From Candidatus Nanoarchaeia archaeon (GTDB taxonomy: Archaea > Nanobdellota > Nanobdellia > Woesearchaeales > JANQNC01), in contig JANQNC010000001.1 in NCBI GenBank assembly GCA_028279745.1, forward strand, positions 1,080,001-1,112,000: a stretch of DNA of 32,000 nucleotides, written 5' to 3'. Under the pieces are notes generated by a model, which made no database searches, was not told the DNA's origin, and was given only the letters and a program-made list of their open reading frames with translations. How positions within the stretch are numbered: the first letter of the stretch is position 1; every line of letters starts with the position of its first letter. Of this stretch, positions 24,807 through 31,328 are shown piece by piece. Position numbers and translations under genes: made by a program.

Positions 24807-25817
24807 ATGGGGAAAATTCTTTCTTTTATGAAAACAATAAGTTGTTCAGAGCTTTCAAATGAGGTTATAGTGGATGTAAGGGCTCCAGTTGAGTATGAAA
24901 ATCATCATATACCTGGTGCAGTTAGCATTCCTTTACTTGAGAATGTAGAAAGACATGAAGTTGGGTATCTGTATAAGCAGGTTAGTGTTGAGAAGGCTTA
25001 TGAGAAAGGATTTGAGTTTATTCTTCAGAAACTGGATAAGTTCATCGGGAAGTTTCTTTCGTTTAAAGGTAAAAAGATAGTTGTGCATTGTGCAAGAGGG
25101 GGAATGAGGTCTGGATCTGTTGTTAAATTATTAGACAATTTAGGATTTGATGTTTATCAACTGGAAGGAGGGATGAAAGCTTATAGAAATTTTGTTCTTC
25201 AGGAGGTAGATTCTTTTAAGTTTCCTAAATTGATTGTTTTACAAGGATATACTGGCAGTGCAAAGACAAAATATATTGAGAATTTGCCTAACTCAATAGA
25301 TTTAGAAAAGTGCGCAAACCATCAATCATCACTATTTGGGGCGGTTGGTTTAAAACCAAACTCACAAAAGATGTTTATGTTCTTATTATATGAGAATCTG
25401 AAGAGAGTTAAAGATTTTGATGTTGTTTTTATTGAAGGTGAGGCGAGAAAGATTGGAGATGTGTTAATTCCACTCTCTTTATGGGAAGAGATGAATAAGT
25501 CTTATACTGTGATGTTGGATGTTAGTTTAAAGAATAGGGCTTCTCACATAGTTGAAAGGTATCCTGACTGTGGAAAGCATGCTTCAGAATATATCTCTAT
25601 AATTAAGAAGTTGAAAGAATGGTTATCAAATGAAGTGGTTGAGGAATTAGTTCAGAAGTTTAGTGATGGGGAGTATCAATATGTTGTTGAAGTTTTACTT
25701 GAGAAGTATTATGATCTTAGATATAAACATTTTATCTCTAAGATCAAAGTAAGTGAAACTATTGATGCAAATGATTTTGAAAAGACGCTTGAGTTGTTGA
25801 GGGAGAAGTGTAAATAA
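24807..25817 (+). CDS. selU: tRNA 2-selenouridine synthase homolog (SelU/MnmH/YbbB: rhodanese plus P-loop domain)
   Basis: Rhodanese domain with active-site HCARGGMRSG (Cys codon 25089-25091). P-loop-like GYTGSAKT (25245-25268). IDLEKCANHQSSLFG matches the conserved IDLEGLA.HRGS.FG block of SelU. Confidence 0.75.
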   Translation: MGKILSFMKTISCSELSNEVIVDVRAPVEYENHHIPGAVSIPLLENVERHEVGYLYKQVSVEKAYEKGFEFILQKLDKFIGKFLSFKGKKIVVHCARGGMRSGSVVKLLDNLGFDVYQLEGGMKAYRNFVLQEVDSFKFPKLIVLQGYTGSAKTKYIENLPNSIDLEKCANHQSSLFGAVGLKPNSQKMFMFLLYENLKRVKDFDVVFIEGEARKIGDVLIPLSLWEEMNKSYTVMLDVSLKNRASHIVERYPDCGKHASEYISIIKKLKEWLSNEVVEELVQKFSDGEYQYVVEVLLEKYYDLRYKHFISKIKVSETIDANDFEKTLELLREKCK

Positions 25818-25890
25818 GGGCGTGGTTGTTTAGAGTAAAAAACCCTCCCCTGCCAAAAAATCATATATGATTGGTTTTATCTATAAATCC

Positions 25891-25910
25891 AAAAAACCCT
25901 CGGGTTTTTT
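25891..25910. terminator. symmetric A6CCC-TC-GGGT6 hairpin between convergent genes; candidate bidirectional terminator
   Basis: AAAAAACCC (25891-25899) and GGGTTTTTT (25902-25910) are complementary, so a T6 run follows the stem on both strands. Confidence 0.5.
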
Positions 25911-25930
25911 GATAAGAAAAGAACAAAAAA

Positions 25931-26374
25931 TTAATTTAAGATTCCTTCAAGAGTGTGAAGAACTTCTTCTGCCTGTACACTATTTGAAAGCCCAAGATCT
26001 TTTAATTTTCCACCTTTGTAGACTGGTTGTGTCAAATCAGATTTAGCACTCTCAAAAAGTTTTCTACTTAGTTCTCTATTTTGTTCTTGAGGTACATAAT
26101 CTTTTTGTACACCATTATTCCATTGTTCTTCGTTTAATGTTAAGAAGTATCCAGAATCATTTCCAGGGAATTTTCTATAACACATTATTCCAGGTGCTAT
26201 TGTGGATGAGTTTAGTCCAAGATGGCCTCCAGAATGAGTTTCTCCTGTAGGTAATCCAATTACAACTGCTTCAGAATGTACTCCACCACCAGTATATTCA
26301 GGATAGTGTGAAACGATTAAATCTCCAGCTTTAACATCTTTATATTGTGTCTCTTTAGCTTCTTTAACTGCCAT
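25931..26374 (-). CDS. hypothetical protein (147 aa)
   Basis: GAGGTGA lies 8 nt upstream of the ATG. No family recognised with confidence. Confidence 0.55.
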   Translation of the reverse strand: MAVKEAKETQYKDVKAGDLIVSHYPEYTGGGVHSEAVVIGLPTGETHSGGHLGLNSSTIAPGIMCYRKFPGNDSGYFLTLNEEQWNNGVQKDYVPQEQNRELSRKLFESAKSDLTQPVYKGGKLKDLGLSNSVQAEEVLHTLEGILN

Positions 26375-26552
26375 TTTTTATTTCACCTCATTAGCCCTTA
26401 TTAAGGGTATGAGAGTAGTATAACATAACTACTATTTAAAGCTTTCGGTTTTATTGCCCCTAATTAGTAGTAACAATTCAAACAATCCACCCTATTTTTA
26501 GAAACTAGCAGTATCTGTGTGTTCTTTATAAATCATTGCAGGGGAGGATTGT

Positions 26553-27119
26553 TTAAACAACTCCTAAATACTTCAAAATGAGCAATATAACCAAATAAGC
26601 GCCATAGAAGATAAGTGTGTATTGAGTTAACTTTCTGATCTTCTTTGAAAGAGGTTTTTTAATGAATTTTTTAGCTGGTTTGTAGACAAATAAGCCTATT
26701 GCGGTTACAATGATAAACCATCTTACTGCAATTGGGACAGATATTAGCCCTAAATAGTTCATGAAATGATGGGAATAATCCCAAGGCATAACTCCAGTTA
26801 GATTAAGTGCCAATAAACCAGTAACTAACTCTACCAGAAGGATTACTGTAACATAGATCAGGATCCTTAAAGGCAATTTATCTTTTGTAAACTTATACTT
26901 TGTCAAGACATTAGCAATCTTGTAAAGGATTAATCCTGCAATGCCATAAGGAAAAGCAAAAATTAGTGTGTAGATAGAAGTTGGGAAAAATTTAAAGTAA
27001 TTTAGTGTGCCTTCGCTTATAACTAAATCAAGCTCATAAACCCAACCTATTACTGAAGCTAGTAAAAATAGAAAAATATACTTCCAAATCAAATCTTTGT
27101 CTGAGTTTTGTCTTTTCAT
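26553..27119 (-). CDS. 5-6 TM membrane protein, possibly 'putative ABC-transporter type IV' (DUF1113/pfam06541-like)
   Basis: 188 aa. SVIGWVYE near helix 1 and the PWDYS motif resemble that family. Confidence 0.4.
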   Translation of the reverse strand: MKRQNSDKDLIWKYIFLFLLASVIGWVYELDLVISEGTLNYFKFFPTSIYTLIFAFPYGIAGLILYKIANVLTKYKFTKDKLPLRILIYVTVILLVELVTGLLALNLTGVMPWDYSHHFMNYLGLISVPIAVRWFIIVTAIGLFVYKPAKKFIKKPLSKKIRKLTQYTLIFYGAYLVILLILKYLGVV

Positions 27120-27141
27120 CTGGATAAAATGTTTAGAAAAT

Positions 27142-27172
27142 AAAAAAAGTAGGACCTGACACTGCCAGGTCC
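27142..27172 (-). terminator. hairpin GGACCTG-N7-CAGGTCC followed by T7 on the minus strand, downstream of ftsZ
   Basis: 7-bp arms at 27152-27158 and 27166-27172. A7 on the plus strand at 27142-27148 gives T7 after the stem on the ftsZ strand. An additional T8 on the minus strand lies at 27227-27234. Confidence 0.5.
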
Positions 27173-27255
27173 CTCACTCTCATTCTGCCTTCATTCAGAA
27201 TCTTAACTCGTTTGGGGGTGGTTGAGAAAAAAAATGAAGGCAAGAAAATTTCAAC

Positions 27256-28332
27256 CTATCGAATGATCTCTATGCCTAGTTCTTCACTCATAGCCTGCGC
27301 TTGCGTGCTTGGTTGACCGTGATCTACCTTGCCTAAGATCCAAGGTGAGTTGACTCCTGTGATGATTGTCATTACAGTCATTTTTCCTTTCATTCCTTCA
27401 TCAACTCTTGCTCCCCAGATAACGTTAGCATCAGCATCTAAGCTTTCAGTAACCAGTTCCCCTACTCTAGAAATCTCTTCTAGTGTCATGTCAGGTCCTC
27501 CAGTTACGTGAATAAGAGCTCCTGTAGCTCCAGCGTAGCTGATGTCTAATAATGGGTTAGACAAAGCTCCTTTAACGGATTCTTCTACTTTGTTGTTGGT
27601 GTCTGATGATCCAACGCCTATAGCAGCAACTCCTCCGTTTGTCATGATTGCTTTAACGTCCGCGTAATCCAGGTTTACTAAGGATGGTACGGCGATTGTC
27701 TCAACAATTCCTTTGATCATTGTAGATACTAGCTCGTTTGCAACAGCGAAAGCTTGTTGGATCGGCAAATTACCTGCTATTTGAACAAGTCTGTTGTTAT
27801 CAATTACGATAACTGTGTCTGACTGTTGTCTTAGTTGTTGTAATCCAAATTCAGCTTTGTCAACTCTTGCTCTTTCTATCTTGAAAGGCATTGTAACTGT
27901 TCCAATTACGATTGAGCCAAGTGTTTTAGCTACTTGTGCAACGACAGCAGCAGCACCTGTTCCTGTGCCTCCTCCCATACCTGCACATACGAATGTCATG
28001 TCAGCATCTTTTAGTGCTTCTTTAACTTCTTGTACACTCTCTTTAGCTGCTTCAGCTCCTCTTTCAGGGAATCCTCCGCATCCAAGTCCTCTAGTACACT
28101 CTTTACCAATCAAGAATTTTCTATCAGCATCAGTAACATCTAGATGTTGTTTATCTGTGTTAACAGCTATTACTTCAGCGCCTTCTACACCTTTATTGTA
28201 TAGCCATCCTACCATGTTGTTACCAGCACCACCTGTACCAATAACCTTTATGTTTGCTTGACCTACCTGTAGGCCGTCTGTTGGTTCGTTCTCATCTGCT
28301 TTTTTTATTGCGTTTTCAATGATGAAGTCCAT
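27256..28332 (-). CDS. ftsZ: cell division GTPase FtsZ
   Basis: IKVIGTGGAGNNMV, tubulin signature GMGGGTGTGAAAVVA, and NLDYADVK. A strong Shine-Dalgarno sequence GGAGGGGTGA precedes the ATG. Confidence 0.95.
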   Translation of the reverse strand: MDFIIENAIKKADENEPTDGLQVGQANIKVIGTGGAGNNMVGWLYNKGVEGAEVIAVNTDKQHLDVTDADRKFLIGKECTRGLGCGGFPERGAEAAKESVQEVKEALKDADMTFVCAGMGGGTGTGAAAVVAQVAKTLGSIVIGTVTMPFKIERARVDKAEFGLQQLRQQSDTVIVIDNNRLVQIAGNLPIQQAFAVANELVSTMIKGIVETIAVPSLVNLDYADVKAIMTNGGVAAIGVGSSDTNNKVEESVKGALSNPLLDISYAGATGALIHVTGGPDMTLEEISRVGELVTESLDADANVIWGARVDEGMKGKMTVMTIITGVNSPWILGKVDHGQPSTQAQAMSEELGIEIIR

Positions 28333-28606
28333 CTTCTCACCCCTCCTCGTTTGGCTATATTTTATAACCGAAACATTTATATTGTTTTTTTTAAATTTGT
28401 TTTTTGACCTTCTTTTGTTTTTTTATCAATTAAAATTGATTTTCCAACAAAATAGACCCTTTTTTTTGCGTTTTGAATGATGTAATCCCCACTTAAGGAT
28501 AGATTCCATTTAAACGCCCCTATTTAATGAGATTAACTCACACCTTTTATAAAATAAAATAGTTAAACTAGTATTTAAATATTTCTATTTTCTAATATAT
28601 ATTTTG

Positions 28607-29140
28607 CTACCTTTGGTAGATGATTTTCTTGTTTTTGGGGTAAAGTCCCATACGATTCATCTGATCAAATTGTTCATCATTTAGAAGCAATGTATTGACG
28701 GTAAAACCGAATTTTTCTTTTGTTTTTGTTGTGGCGGATTTGATATCATTTGCATTAATTTCGTTGCCGATTATCAGAAGGTCTGCGCCATCTCTTGAAG
28801 GTGTGCCATATAATATTATAGTTGTAATAGCTTCTATCTCTTTAATCAGATCTTTGAAGAATTCCAGAGGGTTCTTTCTGCCTACAAACAGCAATTCCAA
28901 TTTTCGGGCTTTATCTGAGTCTGACCACTTAAGTAACTTGAATTTCTTTATCTCTATATATTGTATAAGGCCCATATCTGCCAATTTTTTGACGATCCGA
29001 TGTGTTGAGGCCAGTGGCACTTTGGATGTGCTGGATATTTCTCTAAGATGGAATTCTTGGTCTTTATTCTCGAAGAACACGTTAAGAACTTTCAAAATTT
29101 TCTTATCAAAAAGTTCAGATAGGAGAGATTCATTCTTCAT
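28607..29140 (-). CDS. winged-helix regulator with a C-terminal degenerate nucleotidyltransferase-like domain
   Basis: N-terminal wHTH (FHLREISSTSKVPLASTHRIVKKLADMGLIQY). The C-terminal ILYGTPSRDGADLLIIG loosely resembles the G-S..D.D minimal nucleotidyltransferase motif. Confidence 0.5.
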   Translation of the reverse strand: MKNESLLSELFDKKILKVLNVFFENKDQEFHLREISSTSKVPLASTHRIVKKLADMGLIQYIEIKKFKLLKWSDSDKARKLELLFVGRKNPLEFFKDLIKEIEAITTIILYGTPSRDGADLLIIGNEINANDIKSATTKTKEKFGFTVNTLLLNDEQFDQMNRMGLYPKNKKIIYQR

Positions 29141-29170
29141 TCCAATGCTTAGTAGAAGCTCTTATTTAAA

Positions 29171-29208
29171 TGTTTTCATTTTTGGAACAGTGTTTCATTT
29201 TTGGAACA
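29171..29208. repeat. two abutting direct copies of TGTT(T)TCATTTTTGGAACA; candidate operator pair
   Basis: Copy 1 at 29171-29189 and copy 2 at 29191-29208 are identical except for a 1-nt T indel. Each copy is itself an imperfect palindrome (TGTTTCA-N4-TGGAACA). They lie next to TATTTAAA (29163-29170). Confidence 0.6.
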
Positions 29209-29365
29209 ATATAGAGTGTTTTGTATATTAAATTGGGCGGTTTTTAGTATTTTTTTGGGGAGGAATTTTTGTGTGTTGGCAGGTTAGTGTTATATCACTT
29301 ATAAGTAGTAAAATTATGGAAAATTTTATATAGTTGGGCTTATTATCGTTAATAATTGTGTTAAA

Positions 29366-30274
29366 ATGGTAACTAAAAAAGATTCAAAACCAAAATCGGA
29401 AGGGTTGGAGTATCTTACTTGTGGAGTTTGTAAAACATCAATAACTAGCGAAACCATGAACTTTTGGTATGATGGGAGTGGAAAATCAATAGACAAACCA
29501 GGAGACTGGGTGCCTCTTCATGCAGGTTGTCAACTTGTAATTGATTATGATTGGGATGGAGATGTTGGTTTTTTTGTTCTATCAAAAGAGGAATATGAAA
29601 AAATAAGATATGAGGATATGTTTCCTGATAGATACCTTGAGTATGTTCCAGGAGTATATTTACAGAAGAGAACTGCAGAAAGCCTGGAAAAGTCTATTAA
29701 GAATTTGTATAAAAATCGTAGATTAAGGGATCTTTTGGGTGAAGAGGGGATAGTTGCCAGAACAGTTGGGCATAATTTTAAAGGACCAAATGATTTTGAA
29801 CCTTTTTACCTTGATTCAAAAAGAGGGAAAGTCAAGACTGAATTTGCAGAGGCATTAGAGGCGTTTGAAGAAGCAGATAAGGATCCTGGAACGGACAGAG
29901 ATCTTGATATCGTGTTCGAAGTGGGAGATATTCTTCTTCAGAAAAAGATAGTTGAATTGCACTATAGGACTCATGATAGCTATCGAGAGGTTAGTGATAA
30001 GTTTGATGTGGCATTGCAGTATTTTAAGGGTTTGATTGAAGAAAGAAACATTAACCCCGATGCGGTGGAAAAGTTGTGTAAGTTAAAGTATGGAATTCGT
30101 GCCTGGCTGGGTTTGAATCTTTATGATGCTAAGAAAAAAGAAGTAGAAACTAAAGTTTGTCTGGATTTTTATGAAGAAAACTTCGCTGAAAGAGTTATTT
30201 GGAGAGAATGGGTTAATGGGAAAGGGAACAAAGTTACACTATCATATTTTGAGAAGAGTTCGAGATACCATTAA
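29366..30274 (+). CDS. hypothetical protein: N-terminal Cys-containing (CxxC...HxxC) domain plus a MazG-like all-alpha NTP pyrophosphohydrolase-like domain
   Basis: CGVCKTS...LHAGC at the N-terminus. EFAEALEAFEE (ExxE) followed by FEVGDILLQ (ExxD) and ..KLKYGIR resembles the MazG metal-binding pattern. Confidence 0.4.
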   Translation: MVTKKDSKPKSEGLEYLTCGVCKTSITSETMNFWYDGSGKSIDKPGDWVPLHAGCQLVIDYDWDGDVGFFVLSKEEYEKIRYEDMFPDRYLEYVPGVYLQKRTAESLEKSIKNLYKNRRLRDLLGEEGIVARTVGHNFKGPNDFEPFYLDSKRGKVKTEFAEALEAFEEADKDPGTDRDLDIVFEVGDILLQKKIVELHYRTHDSYREVSDKFDVALQYFKGLIEERNINPDAVEKLCKLKYGIRAWLGLNLYDAKKKEVETKVCLDFYEENFAERVIWREWVNGKGNKVTLSYFEKSSRYH

Positions 30275-31204
30275 TTACTCATTATTTAAAGCAATTAAAA
30301 ACTGTAAAACTTCTTTCATTTGGTCTTGAATTAATATCACTTTTTCTCTTTTTTCGGTATCTTTTATTTTTTTTGCTTCCTTTTTTGTGTTTTCAAGAGT
30401 TCCATATAGCTTTGTTGCGCTTTCGTTTGTGAAATGGGTGTGTAGTTTTTTGAAATCTTGCATGGACTGTGTTATTTGTTGATAGTGGGGGATAAGGTCT
30501 TTATGTGTTGGGGGTTCTTTTTTTATTAGTCTGATGATGTCTAAGTGTCTGTCACCTATTTCTTCTAATTGGTTTAAAAGTAAAAAGTAGTTGTTTGATT
30601 GAGAGTTTGTCTCCCTTCCATATATGTTTAGTATGTTGTGGGCATATATTATTGTTCGATTGAGGTTTATTTCGGAGAAATTTATAATAAAGTCTAATAC
30701 CTCTTTATCATCCTTTTGTATTGCACTAATTATGTCTTGTGATGTCTGTATGAGTATTGAGATTGCTCGGTTAAGTGAGGGTTCAAACTCTTCAGGCTTA
30801 GCGTTTGTTAAAATCTTAAAAGTAGTTTTTGTTTTGTCTTGTTGTGTGATTGATATCCCTATTATCTGGTTTACTAAACCTTGTAAAAAAGGTAGGAGAG
30901 GTTCTTTTTTTTCAGTGTGTTTGTTGTAAGCTGTGCTGTTTGTATATGTGAATGTTATTTCTGTAACTCCATTGATGCATAATGCGTTCAGATATCTTCG
31001 CACTAATGACTTGTTCATACCATCTATGTTAACGGTTTTCTTTTTTTCTTCAATCTTCTGCTTGACTAAAGTGAGAACAAGTTTATTGCCTTGTTCGGTT
31101 GCTTCTAGCTCATCTTTAGCATTAACCTTGTTCTTCTTGATCCATTTAGTAGGTAAACTTACGGTTAAGCTAGATTTGCCTTGTTTTACTACTTTACGTC
31201 TCAT
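30275..31204 (-). CDS. AbrB/SpoVT-domain plus PhoU-like domain protein (archaeal 'phosphate uptake regulator' type)
   Basis: MRRKVVKQGKSSLTVSLPTKWIKKNKVNAKDELE.. is an AbrB swapped-hairpin domain, and the C-terminal helical repeats are PhoU-like. ATG 31204 lies ~27 nt downstream of TTTATATA and is preferred over the listed 31240. Confidence 0.6.
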   Translation of the reverse strand: MRRKVVKQGKSSLTVSLPTKWIKKNKVNAKDELEATEQGNKLVLTLVKQKIEEKKKTVNIDGMNKSLVRRYLNALCINGVTEITFTYTNSTAYNKHTEKKEPLLPFLQGLVNQIIGISITQQDKTKTTFKILTNAKPEEFEPSLNRAISILIQTSQDIISAIQKDDKEVLDFIINFSEINLNRTIIYAHNILNIYGRETNSQSNNYFLLLNQLEEIGDRHLDIIRLIKKEPPTHKDLIPHYQQITQSMQDFKKLHTHFTNESATKLYGTLENTKKEAKKIKDTEKREKVILIQDQMKEVLQFLIALNNE

Positions 31205-31328
31205 CCTGTATATTGTAGGATGCTTATAGTATATAAACATTTCTAAAAAAGAATATAAAATATAGAAAATATAGCAAAAAAATATAAATATATTGGAATG
31301 AGCTTATATATAGTGGGGGTTAAACTAT

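Noticed and set aside
28477-28560. Possible C/D-box sRNA upstream of ftsZ, based on the C-box-like ATGATGT at 28477-28483.
   Set aside because: No CTGA D box or C'/D' pair lies at appropriate spacing on either strand, and no terminal stem is present. This is probably just promoter-region sequence.
27794-29231. Plus-strand ORFs 27794-28261 and 28695-29231.
   Set aside because: They are antisense to ftsZ and to the wHTH regulator gene. The translations are low-complexity (Ser/Pro/Ala/Leu-rich) with no ribosome-binding or promoter signal.
30272-30277. Back-to-back stop codons TAATTA shared by convergent genes.
   Set aside because: This is a trivial consequence of genome compaction and is noted under the convergent-overlap finding rather than as a feature.
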